A DNA stretch of 64,000 bases from an uncultured virus (IMG/VR IMGVR_UViG_3300025894_000009) (lineage: Duplodnaviria > Heunggongvirae > Uroviricota > Caudoviricetes), in IMG/VR virus record IMGVR_UViG_3300025894_000009; one strand, 5' to 3'. The translations under genes were made by a program, and so were the position numbers. The notes beneath the pieces were generated by a model, which was given only the letters and a program-made list of their open reading frames with translations, was not told the DNA's origin and did no database searches. Shown here in pieces: positions 12,601 through 23,700 of this stretch. Position 1 is the first letter of the stretch, and each line of letters starts with the position of its first letter.

Positions 12601-13566
12601 GTCTACGACGATGGTATCTGGGAGACTATATGTGGAATAAGCTACCGTGTCTGCAAAATTTGTTGCAGCAAGAACTACATTTTGCTCTGAAAGCAATTTT
12701 GAGATATCATCAACGTACTGTTTATTAGCAGCATCAGTATCGATAATCGGATAAGGAACATCTAATAGATCCTGCTCTAAAAGATTTATTTGCTGATCGA
12801 CGTATAATTTATTAGCAGCATCAGAATCTATGGCGGGATCAGAAATATTTGATAAAGTTGCGCCAGAAAGGTTGACATTACCACCAGATTGTATTATAAT
12901 AGTATTATCAGATACTAAAGAAGAGTTAGAGATATTAAAATCTCCAACAGATATAGATGTCAAGTCTTCCAAAGAGTCAACAGAATCACCGAGGGTCAGG
13001 CTTGTATTGCCTATTGTGAAATCTATAGATGAAGTACTTATTGTGACATCGCCAGATCCGTCGAAGACGGTATTACCAGATATCACACCATCCAGATTAA
13101 CACTTCTAGCAGTTTCTAGTCTAGATGCAAAATCAATTACATTGTTTGAATAAAAACCAGTAATGTGGCCAAACTGATCAATCTCAATATTTGAAATGAA
13201 ATTGCCATCAGCATAGGATGTACTTGTGGCTGTGGTAGTATTTGCGTGAGAGATGACAACATTTGCTGATTCGATATCATCTTCGGGAAATACTATGATG
13301 CCAGGGCCGGCGTCGATCCTTTGAATATAAGGACCAATTGTGTCGACACCAAGGACTACAGAATCGGGGACAATGATGGGTTTCTTTTCACCCGATGCTA
13401 CTAAAGGCCTTGTAGTATCATATTTCGGTGCAGATCTGATTGTTCGATCGCCACCTACTTGTACTTGAAGGTTTCCTGTTGTCTTTACGGTAATCTTATC
13501 TTGTGTCGGAGTGGTGGACGTCTCTACCGTTTGCGATGGATTGACCGTCACATTGATATCGGCCAT
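6649..13566 (-). CDS. Large virion structural/tail fibre protein (2305 aa)
   Basis: DAANKxYVD repeats, duplicated IPVGxxxQRP..GMIRYNT..FExY modules, LDADLLDG motifs and HAxTS..FDxFGHV motifs, all typical of T4-like marine phage fibres. Lies in the late structural cluster. Confidence 0.8.
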   Translation of the reverse strand: MADINVTVNPSQTVETSTTPTQDKITVKTTGNLQVQVGGDRTIRSAPKYDTTRPLVASGEKKPIIVPDSVVLGVDTIGPYIQRIDAGPGIIVFPEDDIESANVVISHANTTTATSTSYADGNFISNIEIDQFGHITGFYSNNVIDFASRLETARSVNLDGVISGNTVFDGSGDVTISTSSIDFTIGNTSLTLGDSVDSLEDLTSISVGDFNISNSSLVSDNTIIIQSGGNVNLSGATLSNISDPAIDSDAANKLYVDQQINLLEQDLLDVPYPIIDTDAANKQYVDDISKLLSEQNVVLAATNFADTVAYSTYSLPDTIVVDPTATLNVDDVVSWELGDKVLVKDRFFKKENGVYELTQIGDASTEWLFVRSEFADEPRELPGSLYVVTDGTQNRDTVWIASVTDAENYGAAFNAPITFKKVAGDGLFTGGDGIDITDNDISVNVDDTTIEIVGDILQVKDGGITNAKLENDSVIIGSTNLTLGTPALEIRNLDLLEVSQIDGRNNRLSLDATVIFSDSTGGLVIPVGSTIQRPPAEQGMIRYNTTDLRFEAYNGAAWTGLGGVVDVDQDTRVQAELSPGADNDQLQFFTQGVQRLIINADGNIEYGDNSDKFTIDYSTGDVEIAGNLGVTGDITLGGNIRVGDQDVDTIEVIADFTSNLVPNDDDTYNIGSSSKNWARVYTNVIDNNSDVFTFDISGAIIVPVGNISQRPTVPVAGMIRYNTNDVRFEGYDGNIWAGLAGSVIDVDQDTKIIAESGPNADNDQLQFFTRGVQRLEIDSDGTFKFGNNLNALTIDASSGLATFNGSVQIDNLFIVNDTISSSTPQIEFNDIKLTGVANPTSNTDVVTYDYLENGSFSRFIQVIDGANTFNLDVINETPKLSVGQGMQASFANNEFSWGLANTAVDPGVYGVEGFIPQLTVDADGRILTALDIPVAFSANAVVDFTESTQDIAGQMWEFTVKEGVTVIYNDSPTGNPPESGKMEIYTRNFEVELQGDIVGINTVVRNSNTIIDTAITVDYLEGLTANSGIEIDLTPGVAAIADIRHANTSNIEDVLNGPGVVINDITFDEFGHVQSVVSEDLNVNFVNIEGDSMTGPLTVPKIIDANNASFFVDPDSLTVLNDLELKGDLDIDGVLFANGSITTEGSISANGGITIASGDLTANGDIFASRYYDADDITFFLDPAQTSQMNVISAQGNITGKKFIDYDNPTFELDPAGQSNLNNVTIQGNFAAGRFVDSNDTNYYGDFASISRMNELILGYGLSLSALQVTLNTNQTMYLLGLGGKWGPVNASFNYIWSVDPATNEFVNQYGFKTPYIDDYNNTAYNLDPTGTSNITDLNVDVNIDVGGEVSANSVNAQIDLVVGGSMSLTSTTLSRNFGIIIDPGFGTLNVSDSFIQNVKNPSNPQDAATKFYVDDQISGGLTGLVGGDGLSYNANTFTFDVNVDDSTLEIVSDIIRVKDSGITNAKLANPYITFAGEFGSADNVNLGETITFTAGEGIDTTVSDNVITIAGEDASTTNKGIAYFHANNFSVSSGGVAIIEVDGTDTIIQLERNLVSNTTPGWTPVLNNMELGEVVVNTYEGKLFIKRHDPDTNANTLVTFTADPQELLDLILTVDGSGSLLDADLLDGQEGTFYLDYNNFTNVPPASLDLTVVGKVTGQAFTNTGIMTLLTELANTGVTPGVYGSSSLVPVITVDEDGRITNLTTSDVAGVDSTSWYSANNTFSIVTQDGSIFDTLIDSFGADVGFLDGAKITFGDDIDLEIHHTLGTNYIDGNGLKIQWNGADRIETTVNGILINGTINGRDYDADGAKLDRLEEDIDITLDGKVTGTATSNTGILTITTELANTTVTPGSYGSSSQVPVFTVDEDGRLTAATTAAVAGIADIAWYSANNTLVTATQDGSIYETLIDSFGADVGFADNATLSFGTDNDFEIYHDGTYDWIKGTGVELRIASDSIRFYKGNTFENMLQLDADAGVKIYYDNSEKMATTATGISVFDDITVAGLVDGRDIAQDGLKLDGIEPGATADQTAADIRALGFFDITNDGALSGFDADLLDGYHASEILALAANTATAAVGDGEITITGGNAIDGSGVFTLNSFSDLEITLDHADTSSVANTGVVLNQAVLSLNFDEFGHVVGYTTGTIETGLTESEADLLYVNVDGDTMTGDLVIEGSLTVNNAVIVTDSITADSLSTTGTIAQEFVLHDSAETTTTNILNRTLYSFDLATYAGAEASIVITSGINRHIVKLLITHNGTTAIATQYGSVFTNTELGDFIVDVSSTNVRLRVSSASAASTTYRAAITLIK

Positions 13567-13567
13567 G

Positions 13568-13903
13568 TTAGATGACCTCGGAAATAGTCGGGACTATGAT
13601 TGCCAAGCCTTCAACTACTTTTGATATCTCCCCTGATGTTTTCCTCATCAAAACGTCGTATTGATACTTGCCCGGCTTTAAAGGTTCTGTTACGGCGTCA
13701 GTAAGTACTAGAGTGATTGAGCTACTAGGTTCATCTTTTTCAATTATAAAATCAGCAATCTTCGTGGTAGAATATATTTTTCGAATACTACCAAAAAAAT
13801 CGTACGAATTGATAGGCAACCCCAAGCCATCGTCGTCAGATAACCCGATGGAAATACGGAAGTCAGTTCCTTGATCAATGTATACGTTTGCTCTAGAGGC
13901 CAT
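13568..13903 (-). CDS. Small virion structural protein (fibre adaptor-like)
   Basis: ANVYIDQGTDF...LKPGKYQYDV...KVVEG pattern common in T4-like marine phages. A TATAAATA promoter lies just upstream. Confidence 0.65.
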   Translation of the reverse strand: MASRANVYIDQGTDFRISIGLSDDDGLGLPINSYDFFGSIRKIYSTTKIADFIIEKDEPSSSITLVLTDAVTEPLKPGKYQYDVLMRKTSGEISKVVEGLAIIVPTISEVI

Positions 13904-13925
13904 TAGAATAAATCTCTTTTAGTCT

Positions 13926-13933
13926 TATTTATA
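13926..13933 (-). promoter_or_regulatory. T4-type late promoter TATAAATA
   Basis: Exact gp55-type consensus, intergenic, about 22 nt upstream of the ATG at 13903. Confidence 0.8.
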
Positions 13934-13949
13934 AATGCCGGAAAGAGGA

Positions 13950-16900
13950 TTATTTCTTCAGTTCAGCAATTTCAGCCTTAAGTATATCTATTTCTGCTTT
14001 TAGGTCTTTTATAGATTCGATGAACAGTCCGGCCATGTTTCCATAGGATACACTCAATAGTTCGTCGGATTCACCTACAACTTCTGGCAATACTTTCTGT
14101 ACTTCCTGAGCGATCACACCAATTTCACGAGTCTTATCTTCATTAGATATTCTATTATAGTAGACACCTCTAAGGTTAAGTACCTTTTCTAAGGCATTGT
14201 CAACTGTGATAATATTTTCCTTGATCCTACTATCAGATGTTGATCTAATACTACCGGTTGCAGTAACATTACCAGTATCAAATTCAATATTAAGTTCAGC
14301 TGTTCCACCCGAATCGAGGAAGCGTACTGCTGTTCCTGTCACACCACTTGTTGATTGAATATCAAGCTTGGTATTTGCACCACCGCTTGCAAAAGCCGTT
14401 ATTGGATTAGCTGTTCCGAATGCAATTGGCACACTATCATTTAAGATAATAGAACCACCGGAGAATGTTAGGTTTCCTGCAGTCTTGGTCACACTATTGG
14501 TAGCATCGATGAAACTACTACCACCAGTAGGTAATCCTGTTACAGTAGTACCAGTAAAGTCAACCGTGGTCGCGTTCGAGAAGTCCCAAGTACCATGCAA
14601 ATCGTGTGGTGTTGAGAAGGGACCGGTCATATCGATATATGTACCACCGGTAAGTTGCAGCACACCACCATCAACAGTTAATGTATTGCCTCCAGACTTA
14701 TAATTCATTCCAGCTGGAGTGAAGTAGAAGCTTGCAGCCGTGGAATCCCATACGGTCAACGGCAACGGCGTGTTAATTAGCGGAATAGGTATTGCAGCTA
14801 ATGGAGCAAGAGTACCGGGTGGGCCGTTCGGGCCTTCTGGGCCGGGTGGACCTTCTGGACCAATGGTTCCGGGCGGACCGTCACCACCGGGTGGGCCCTC
14901 GCTGCCGTCTACCCCGGGTGGGCCTGGTGGTCCAGCATTACCTGGGAACCCTTGGTTACCCGTGAAGCCCTGACTACCGTCTCCGCCTGGCAAACCTTCA
15001 AAACCTTGTGGTCCCTGAATACCTTGAATACCGGGTGGGCCTGGGTCGCCTGGAGTACCAATTGGCCCTTGAGCACCTACGCCGGGTGGTCCAATGACTG
15101 ATTCCCCTTGGAATCCTCGGTAGCCTTGAATACCTCTTTCACCCTGAATACTTTGGCCATCATCACCTGTTGGACCAGGTGGGCCTTCAAATCCATCACC
15201 ACCTTGGAATCCTCTGAAACCTTGAGGGCCGGCTGCACCATCTCCACCAAAAAATCCTTGGTTTCCTTGGATACCTTGGACACCCTGAACACCCTGAGGG
15301 CCATCCCCACCTATACCGAAATCACCTTGGATACCTTGGTTGCCTTGGATACCTTGATCACCTTGATTACCGTCAAGACCTTCACCGCCAGCGATCCCTT
15401 GTATGCCCTGAATGCCTTGAATACCTTGAGCACCGGTTCCACCAGCACCAAATTGGCCCTGAACACCTTGAATACCTTGGACCCCTTGAATACCCTGAGG
15501 TCCGACACCAGCAGGTCCAAAGTTACCCTGAATCCCTTGAATACCTTGGATACCTTGTAGCCCAGGTGCAGCAGTACCAGAGAATCCTTGTGGCCCTTGA
15601 ACACCTTGGTCACCTTGGACACCCTGAATGCCTTGAGCGCCGGGCGCACCTGCTTGACCATCAAAGCCTTGGAAACCTTGAACACCTTGAGCACCAATGG
15701 TTCCATCACCTGACTTATAGAATTCAACGTAACAAACGTCGGCATCTGTGAAGCCCTGAGAACCAAAATCTATCGCAGCATTTACAGTTACTTCAATATA
15801 TGTGGACTGATCTGCAACAGCGGTGACAGGGAAAACATAGAATTCGCCTGCGTCCCAAGTCGCATTATCATCAGTACCTTTAACAATCAAATGACCCTTG
15901 ACTGTCGAGCTTGAAGTGCCCCAAGAAAGAAGATAACTGTCAACAAAACCAGAACCATCATACATTTGCTTAGAGAAATATAATGTGGTTGAAGCTTGTA
16001 ATGTATTGTTATTTGTTCTGAATTGACCAACACCTGCACCAGCAGTAGTTGAGGTATCATACTCGAACCTGATACCGTAATATGCTCCAGAAGGTCCTTG
16101 GATGCCTTCGCCTTGAATACCTTGGTCACCTTGAATGCCTTGGGTACCTTGGGTACCAGCGCCAGCCTCACCTTGGAAACCACCTTCACCTTGGAAGCCT
16201 TCACGGCCTTGTATACCTTGAATCCCCTGAATACCTTGAGTACCAATACCAGCAGTACCTTGGTTACCTTGAATACCTTGTGGGCCCTGAGAACCTGGAG
16301 TACCAGCACCAGTTTCACCTTGGAGACCTAAATCACCTTGGATACCCTGAATGCCCTGAATACCTTGAGTACCTTGACTACCTTCATCACCTGAATCACC
16401 AGTTCTTGCAAATGTAATGATAACATCTTCTGAATTTGCAAAGGATCCTGTACCGAGTGTTCCACTTACGTATGCACAGTCTACAGTAAATACAGCACCA
16501 TTTTCTGCCAGTGCAGCTATTGTAAATAATACAAATTGACTTGCATCATTTACCTCTGTGATCTTAAAGTGACCCTTGATCGTGCTTGTAGAATCAGCAA
16601 TCGTACGAAGGTAAGTTTCGATATTTACATTTGAGTCATCGCGTTCGTGGATGAACATTTCAGTAGAAGCAGATGCGTTGGTATTATTAAATCTAATCTT
16701 GCCGACATCAAACAAAGACATTGGAGTAGTAGCTGTTTCGAATGTGTAGTCGAATGTAACACCACCGAATCCACCGGGTGCGCCTACACCATCGTTACCC
16801 TGAATCCCTTGAATACCTTGGATACCTTGAGCGCCTGCAGGCCCAGTATCACTGATGTTGATCGTTCCGACCATTGAACCATGGAATTGACACTGGTAAT

Positions 16901-19900
16901 ATAATGTAGAAGGAGCATCGGATGGTACAACAAATTGAACGATGCCAACATCTTCACCGTTATTAGTGACACCGTTATTATATTGATCTCCAGTACCAGT
17001 ACCTGGGTCGGTCTTGATCCAGAAAGGATGCCCTGAAGCATTTACATTAAATCTATACGTGAATCCACGGAGCAAAGTAATATCTGGATTACCACCAACA
17101 CCATCGATAACATAATCTGAAGAACCGTTATTTGTTACCTCAAACTGACGAGCACCTTCACTACCGCCTTCACCTTGGATACCCTGAACACCTTGAATAC
17201 CTTGAGTACCTTGGTCGCCTTGGATGCCCTGAATACCTTGAGCCCCGAAGCCATCGTTACCTTGGATGCCTTGAGTGCCCTGAATACCCTGATCACCAGC
17301 TGGTTGGAATGACAGATATATTCCATTGCCTTCAGCAGCAACAATTGCCGCCCAGTTAGTATCACCACTTTGATAGTCTACTGCAATTGTCCACCAACCA
17401 GTATTATCTTGGAATGCAGTATATTCGAATGTTGTATAATATCCTCTAAAGCCCTTACTCGTTATAGTGAGATGGCCTTTGGGCACATTAGTAACAGCAT
17501 TTAATGATGGGATAATTGAATCGAAAACCTGATTGTATACATCCAGATCGTCGATGTATAATACGTTAGCAGAACTTAAATCTGTATTGTTGAATTTCAA
17601 ATTACCAAAACTTGGATCTGAATTCGCAGTATCTGCATTTAAATAGTTATATTCAAACGCAAGACCACCCATAGGACCGATTGCACCGGTATTACCTTCA
17701 TCACCTTGGATGCCTTGAATTCCTTGAGCACCTTGAATACCAGGTGAAGAAGGAATAAATGTAATTTGGTGCACGTCACCATATGTTGCTATTTGGTTAG
17801 CCGCATTTAGATTACCCGATTCCCATTCTAATTCTAGAGTCCACCAACCACCGTTATCTGTGATATTATTGATTAAGAGCCAGGTCCCTTGCTCTGCCGT
17901 GCCTGACGGCGTCCCAGCACCTGAACCAATAATAGCTTGATTAACATTTTTTAATAGTAAACTACCATAAGGAGCCGAAGGCAGTCCTGACATGTAATTG
18001 AGAATAGCACCTATCGAATCATTCGAGTCGTTATCAAGATCATCGATATACATGATCGGTGTGCCAGATAAAACAGCATCATCGAATCGGAAGAATGTAG
18101 CGCCTGGATCAGCAGCAGCGTTATTTTGATCATCATACTTATAGATGGAAGTGAATGGAGCTAAGCCTTCGCCAATGGTACCCTGAATCCCTGTATCACC
18201 TTGGATGCCTTGGACACCCTGAATACCTTGGATACCTTGATCGCCCTGAACGCCTTGAATTCCTTGAGCACCTTGAATACCATCAACCCCAGCTGGGCCT
18301 GCCGGAATGAAAGAGATAAATGCTTCTGGTCCGTGAGGATTTACAACTTGCGTTTGCCAAGCCCCAGCGGATGTGCCCAGGTTATGATCAATGACATTAA
18401 CGTCAAAGTAACCCCAATCTTTACCAGTACCATCAGTACTCCATGTCCAATCGGTGAATTCAAAAATAATCCAGTGATGACCACTTGGGCCAGTGCCACC
18501 AGCGTCTTCATATACCTTGATGTGACCTTTTATGGAACCTGGTATGGCTCCAAGATAGTCTAAGAAATCGTCGATTTGCGTCGTATATTGATCATCTGGA
18601 ATGTCGTCAATGATAAGTCTGGTAATACTTCCTACAAATGTATTATCAAACTTGAAAGACGAAGTACCTGGGTCACTGGTAGTAAAGTCTTCTGGTGAGG
18701 AATAATTCCATACGAAGGTAAGCCCGCCGTATTGTCCCTGCTCACCTTGAAGCCCGAGATCACCTTGAATGCCTTGAACACCCTGACCACCAGCATCACC
18801 TTGGATACCTTGAGTGCCTTGAATACCTAGATCACCCTGTATCCCTTGGACACCTTGATCACCTTGGATACCTTGAGTACCCTGATCGCCCTGAATTCCT
18901 TGAGTACCCTGATCGCCCTGAATTCCTTGAGTACCCTGATCACCTTGAATGCCCTGAAGTCCTTGAATCCCTTGAACACCTTGTGAACCAGTCTCGCCTG
19001 GAAATACGAATGTTACCTCGAATAAATCGCCGTAACTACTAATGTTTGATGTCCACGATGTCTCGCCATATTCGTGGAAACAGTTTAAAGTGTAATAACC
19101 AGTCTGATCTGCAGCAGCTTCAATCCGTGCGTAAGTATATGCTTGATCTGGAGCATCATCCGACCTCTGACGAAGAATAAGATATCCTTTGATCGTCTCT
19201 GTTCTAGCAGCAATATCAGAAAGAACCGGTTCTACACTTACTGATAAGGCTTCAAATACTGCACTGAAATTGTCAATGGTCAGTACGAACCCTGTACCTA
19301 AACCCAGTGAAGCACTATCTGTGTAAAAATTACCTTGGCCGGGATCTGAAGAACCTCCATTCTGAGCGGTATCGTAATTGAAGACATACGTGATGCCTCC
19401 TGATAGCCCTTCTTCGCCAGGCAATCCTTGAATGCCCTGAAGTCCTTGCACACCTTGGTTACCCTGAGTTCCTTGGAATCCCTGATTACCCTGTACGCCC
19501 TGATTTCCCTGAATTCCTTGGTCACCCTGAACACCTTGTGGTCCCTGATTACCTTGAATCCCCTGAGGGCCTAAGAAACCTTGATTTCCCTGAACACCTT
19601 GAATGCCATCAGTACCTTGTGGACCTTGAATAGACTGTGGACCTTGAATACCTTGAGTACCCTGAATACCGAGATCACCCTGTATTCCTTGAACTCCCTG
19701 AGGCCCTCTTTCGCCTTGAATACCTTGAATACCCAAGTTGCCCTGAACACCTTGGACACCTTGCATCCCTTGGACACCCTGGTCACCACGGAAGCCTCTA
19801 GAACCTTGAATACCTTCTTGTCCTATTTCTCCTTGAAGCCCCTGAACACCTTGAATACCTTGGAAGCCTTGAACACCTCTGAATGAACCAATATTGATCC

Positions 19901-20288
19901 AATTTACACCATCATATATCCAAAGTTCATCATCAGCTTCATCGATAACTGCGTCACCAACAACTGCTGATGGAAATGCTGCATTGAGAGTTGCTTGAGG
20001 ATCGCCACCTGCATCTACATCTGGTACGGAACCAATAATTGTGAAACCAGGGCCGTATTCGCCTTGAGTACCCTGATCACCTTGAATACCTTGAGTGCCT
20101 TGAACACCTTGAAAACCTGCGCCGATGTCTAACCATGCGGTGCCATCAGAATACTTTAATGAACCATCATCTGCATAGATAATGGCCCCTTCGAATGGAG
20201 CGGGATCTAACTGTATAGGAAACGCTTGTGGTATTCCTTGCCCTAAAGTTCGGGCCTTACCAGATACCGTGGTGTACTTAGATGGCAT
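13950..20288 (-). CDS. Collagen-like tail fibre (2112 aa) with repeated globular domains, a cupredoxin-like domain and a C-terminal intramolecular chaperone (Peptidase S74-like)
   Basis: Long (Gly-X-Y)n tracts (QGIQG.., later GPPG). C-terminus [41 protein letters not shown] followed by a coiled coil. Confidence 0.85.
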   Translation of the reverse strand: MPSKYTTVSGKARTLGQGIPQAFPIQLDPAPFEGAIIYADDGSLKYSDGTAWLDIGAGFQGVQGTQGIQGDQGTQGEYGPGFTIIGSVPDVDAGGDPQATLNAAFPSAVVGDAVIDEADDELWIYDGVNWINIGSFRGVQGFQGIQGVQGLQGEIGQEGIQGSRGFRGDQGVQGMQGVQGVQGNLGIQGIQGERGPQGVQGIQGDLGIQGTQGIQGPQSIQGPQGTDGIQGVQGNQGFLGPQGIQGNQGPQGVQGDQGIQGNQGVQGNQGFQGTQGNQGVQGLQGIQGLPGEEGLSGGITYVFNYDTAQNGGSSDPGQGNFYTDSASLGLGTGFVLTIDNFSAVFEALSVSVEPVLSDIAARTETIKGYLILRQRSDDAPDQAYTYARIEAAADQTGYYTLNCFHEYGETSWTSNISSYGDLFEVTFVFPGETGSQGVQGIQGLQGIQGDQGTQGIQGDQGTQGIQGDQGTQGIQGDQGVQGIQGDLGIQGTQGIQGDAGGQGVQGIQGDLGLQGEQGQYGGLTFVWNYSSPEDFTTSDPGTSSFKFDNTFVGSITRLIIDDIPDDQYTTQIDDFLDYLGAIPGSIKGHIKVYEDAGGTGPSGHHWIIFEFTDWTWSTDGTGKDWGYFDVNVIDHNLGTSAGAWQTQVVNPHGPEAFISFIPAGPAGVDGIQGAQGIQGVQGDQGIQGIQGVQGIQGDTGIQGTIGEGLAPFTSIYKYDDQNNAAADPGATFFRFDDAVLSGTPIMYIDDLDNDSNDSIGAILNYMSGLPSAPYGSLLLKNVNQAIIGSGAGTPSGTAEQGTWLLINNITDNGGWWTLELEWESGNLNAANQIATYGDVHQITFIPSSPGIQGAQGIQGIQGDEGNTGAIGPMGGLAFEYNYLNADTANSDPSFGNLKFNNTDLSSANVLYIDDLDVYNQVFDSIIPSLNAVTNVPKGHLTITSKGFRGYYTTFEYTAFQDNTGWWTIAVDYQSGDTNWAAIVAAEGNGIYLSFQPAGDQGIQGTQGIQGNDGFGAQGIQGIQGDQGTQGIQGVQGIQGEGGSEGARQFEVTNNGSSDYVIDGVGGNPDITLLRGFTYRFNVNASGHPFWIKTDPGTGTGDQYNNGVTNNGEDVGIVQFVVPSDAPSTLYYQCQFHGSMVGTINISDTGPAGAQGIQGIQGIQGNDGVGAPGGFGGVTFDYTFETATTPMSLFDVGKIRFNNTNASASTEMFIHERDDSNVNIETYLRTIADSTSTIKGHFKITEVNDASQFVLFTIAALAENGAVFTVDCAYVSGTLGTGSFANSEDVIITFARTGDSGDEGSQGTQGIQGIQGIQGDLGLQGETGAGTPGSQGPQGIQGNQGTAGIGTQGIQGIQGIQGREGFQGEGGFQGEAGAGTQGTQGIQGDQGIQGEGIQGPSGAYYGIRFEYDTSTTAGAGVGQFRTNNNTLQASTTLYFSKQMYDGSGFVDSYLLSWGTSSSTVKGHLIVKGTDDNATWDAGEFYVFPVTAVADQSTYIEVTVNAAIDFGSQGFTDADVCYVEFYKSGDGTIGAQGVQGFQGFDGQAGAPGAQGIQGVQGDQGVQGPQGFSGTAAPGLQGIQGIQGIQGNFGPAGVGPQGIQGVQGIQGVQGQFGAGGTGAQGIQGIQGIQGIAGGEGLDGNQGDQGIQGNQGIQGDFGIGGDGPQGVQGVQGIQGNQGFFGGDGAAGPQGFRGFQGGDGFEGPPGPTGDDGQSIQGERGIQGYRGFQGESVIGPPGVGAQGPIGTPGDPGPPGIQGIQGPQGFEGLPGGDGSQGFTGNQGFPGNAGPPGPPGVDGSEGPPGGDGPPGTIGPEGPPGPEGPNGPPGTLAPLAAIPIPLINTPLPLTVWDSTAASFYFTPAGMNYKSGGNTLTVDGGVLQLTGGTYIDMTGPFSTPHDLHGTWDFSNATTVDFTGTTVTGLPTGGSSFIDATNSVTKTAGNLTFSGGSIILNDSVPIAFGTANPITAFASGGANTKLDIQSTSGVTGTAVRFLDSGGTAELNIEFDTGNVTATGSIRSTSDSRIKENIITVDNALEKVLNLRGVYYNRISNEDKTREIGVIAQEVQKVLPEVVGESDELLSVSYGNMAGLFIESIKDLKAEIDILKAEIAELKK
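18871..18941. repeat. Perfect 27-nt tandem repeat (about 2.6 copies) inside the collagen tract
   Basis: ccttgagtaccctgatcgccctgaatt at 18871 and 18898, partial at 18925. Encodes GIQGDQGTQ. Confidence 0.85.
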
Positions 20289-20302
20289 TTTGGTTCCTCA
20301 AA

Positions 20303-20740
20303 TTATACTACGTCGTCTTCTTCTGACTGACCAAGTGTAAATGATAATGTAGTATTTATTGCATATTCAGTGTCACTTTTAGCCTCAAGAATATCTCCTG
20401 TTCTTAAAAATTGACCATTAAGAGGTATTGCGATAGTATCGTAACCGGGGATTTGTAAATTACGAACCAACCAGAACGTATCATTTAAATCGTATCGGTA
20501 TACATGGACGTCAACAGTGGCTGTATTTGCATATGCGTTGCAACACACCAATGGACTAATGATTTCACCAACACCTGGCTCTACTGTAGTCGAGCCACCG
20601 AATACAAGTTCTGGAACTTCATAATTGGGTACTCGTACTATTTCTTGCCAATTGGTTGTTAGCTCTAAATTTACCGCAACAGGTTTCGCATCCGGCGCCT
20701 GTGATGTTACAACTGTTATGATGTCTGTATTAGCTGGCAT
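20303..20740 (-). CDS. Conserved hypothetical virion-associated protein (145 aa)
   Basis: RBS AGGA upstream. Beta-rich sequence lying between fibre genes. CTAAATA late-promoter-like element at about 20765-20771. Confidence 0.55.
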   Translation of the reverse strand: MPANTDIITVVTSQAPDAKPVAVNLELTTNWQEIVRVPNYEVPELVFGGSTTVEPGVGEIISPLVCCNAYANTATVDVHVYRYDLNDTFWLVRNLQIPGYDTIAIPLNGQFLRTGDILEAKSDTEYAINTTLSFTLGQSEEDDVV

Positions 20741-20776
20741 GTATAAATCCTATAGTTCCTTTTCTATTTAGAACTT

Positions 20777-23700
20777 TTAGACGATTGCTCTACTCTGAGA
20801 AGCACGTCTGGCAAGTTTTCTTACTGATGATGTGAATGGTCTTCCTTCAATTCGTCCAGTTCGACCATTAATTCTCAATCCTCGGGCAAAATACTGGTTA
20901 TTCAATTCGTCAGAACCCGACCATCGAATTCGGCCTCCGTCCTCGTATTGGACCGATGCCAATGCCGAGATTGCACTACCCAAGTTCCTAAAGTTCAGAG
21001 GCAATGCGTTTCTGTTAACACCTGCCGATGCACCGTTGAACTGGTGAGCAATGGATTCCACCAACGCACCGAATACCAATGTAGAAGGTTTGAGTACATT
21101 ACCAATTACACAATCTCCTATCAAGCCCTCTATCATCAAGTCGTGAGGACTATCTGGTGAATAGTTATTAATAAGGTTTGTCTTAATTCTCTCCCAACAT
21201 CCTACGAAAGCATCGAGTAGATCGGTATTATTAGTGCCTGCATTTACCCAGCTAAGACCATCCCAATAATATACAGTACCTGCCCAGATATTAGTGAGGA
21301 AATCACCAGTCGTTGGCGTTACAATATATGACCAATATGGCTTCTGGCCGGTGGTAGGTAAATCAGCAATTGCAGCTACACTACCCTTGTACCTTAAACC
21401 TTGTATTGATGGGTTAAAGGTAGGAAATACCAATTCGCCCTTATAATCAAAGAACGCAGCAGTATAGGTTAATGTGGCCTTAGAAGAACCTCCTACACCT
21501 GTTGCAGTATTCTTGAACTCGAAGTCATTTCTTACTGATTGTAGTAAATTACCAGCGTCTCTTCGGGTCAGATATTCATCTACAAACTTATAGGTGGCCC
21601 CAACAAATCTTACAGTATCAAATGCAAGACCAATCTTTAATGATTCAATTGTATTCTTAGCATCTTGATATCGAATATTGACCCAATCCAAGCTAGGATC
21701 TTGACGAACAGGAAGATACTTCGTAGAATTATTCGTCAAAGTCAGATAATATATATTTGCTAGAGACTTGACCTTCTCAACTTCTACTTCTGAAGGGAAT
21801 CCACTATTGATAACCTGGCCGGTCAGCTCACCTTGAAGGACAGACGCACATATATTACCCAATTCTCTGTACGATTTACCAGTAGGTATGCGTTGATCTT
21901 CTGGGAGTCTTAAGGTATTATTCCAGAAATAGAATTCTGCGTTCCATCGAGACGCAAGATTACTATCATAGTTAAGATCCCAGCTGAATCCATCCAACAA
22001 ATATTGGACGTCTCTGTAGCACTTAGCCCTATTATAATCAAGAACATCAAATTCTGATCTAATAAATTCAATCATACTATCAGCAAGAGTTGTCGTGCTT
22101 TCATCGATAGTAGTACCAAGAGTAACCAATGACGAATCAATCCAACTGAGGTCTGGCTCTTCTTGTGATGCCAACACACTGATATCATCTTGACGAATTA
22201 CACTTTCAATAATTTGTACAAGATCTTGAGCTCTAGCACCATCAACAGATGTAGCAGCAGGTTGAGAGAAATCTTGCGCGGTTGAAGTGTAAGCCAGATC
22301 TTGTGTATCGTTGTTTTGTATGATATTCCTTACCAACAACCCCAGATATTCATAGGTATCGGCGGTTTGTCTTCTCGTTGATGCCGGAAGGACACTAATT
22401 GCGTTTTCAAAATAAATCTGAGCATTGATTCTAGTTGCACGATTACCGCCGTATTGCACGTCATGTGATACTGCATCGATGATGAATCCGATATCTCTTC
22501 TGCAACTATCTTCGATGTAACTTAAACCATTCCAGTTCTTGGCAATATAATCAATTACACCTGTGACTATTGTGTCTGCCGAAGCCTCGATATTTGTCAC
22601 ACCAGTCGTGTAATTAGATGCAACCCAATCGTAATCAGGCTCGTCTCGCAGAGGTACTGTATCACCATCTGGATCCTCAACGATATTGGCAATGTACATA
22701 CCAAGTTCTTTAGCACGATCACCAGTTAATGGATTTGCTCCGATACCAGTAGTGATCTGAGCAACAGTATTACCAGGCGAAGGAACAACTGTCTGCAACT
22801 CGACTACCTGTTCAATCACTTCTGCCATATGAGAGAATGCCTTCTTAGTGGGCTCTCTTTGTTCATAAGGTAAAGTATTAACAGCATTCGAGAAGTAGAT
22901 CTGAGAAGCGTTCCATATTGCTGCAGTACCTTTGTACTGTAAATCGTGTGAGATAGCATCGATGATATAGCCAGTATCTCTAATACACTTAGCCTGATCA
23001 TATCCAAGGCCGTTCCACTCTCTAGAAAGATAAGTGATAACACCAGACTGGAGGGTAGGCTTGACTTCTGTGATTGTATTAAATGCCGAGACATATTCGG
23101 CATCATAAGCTGCAGTATCTGGTTCAATCTCAGCCGGTAAATTAGCAAGACTGGATTCTCCAACCACATTTGTTGTGATATTAACCAGGTCTTTTGCGTC
23201 TTGCGCGATCGCACCACCAGCACTAGTCCCTATATCTTGTGATATGGGGTTACCGGTTGAGGGAGTTACTGTTTCGGCATTTACCACTTGTCGAACTACT
23301 TCAGCCAAATGACTAAATGCTCTTACTGAAGCTCTTTTTTGATATTCCGGCAATACGTTTGTTGTATATGCATTCTTGAAATACATTTCAGCGTCTTGAA
23401 TAGTAGCACTATTACCACCGTGTTGAATATCGAATGATACACAATCTAACAAGTAGCCGACATCTCTTTCACATGAAGCCGCATTGTAACCTAAACCATT
23501 AGGTACATTTTCATTTGCCCATGTGACAGAATCTGCGATTACTGTTGCTTGATTGTTTACGATTTCATCATATTCAGTCAGAGTGTAACCAGCGGTATCA
23601 ACTTCAACCAAGGCCTCTAAACTGTCGAGATTTCCAGCAGTCAAAACATCGATAATAATATCAATCAATTCTTCTGCTCGAGTGACCTCTGCAGCGGTTG

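Noticed and set aside
14368..19886. Overlapping ORFs with VFKVFRV/LNTLDTL patterns
   Set aside because: They are frame and antisense artefacts of the low-complexity collagen coding sequence.
15000..20120. Dense ccttgaatacc-type repeats as a CRISPR array or satellite
   Set aside because: The 9-nt periodicity is explained by collagen Gly-X-Gln codons. There is no constant repeat with unique spacers.
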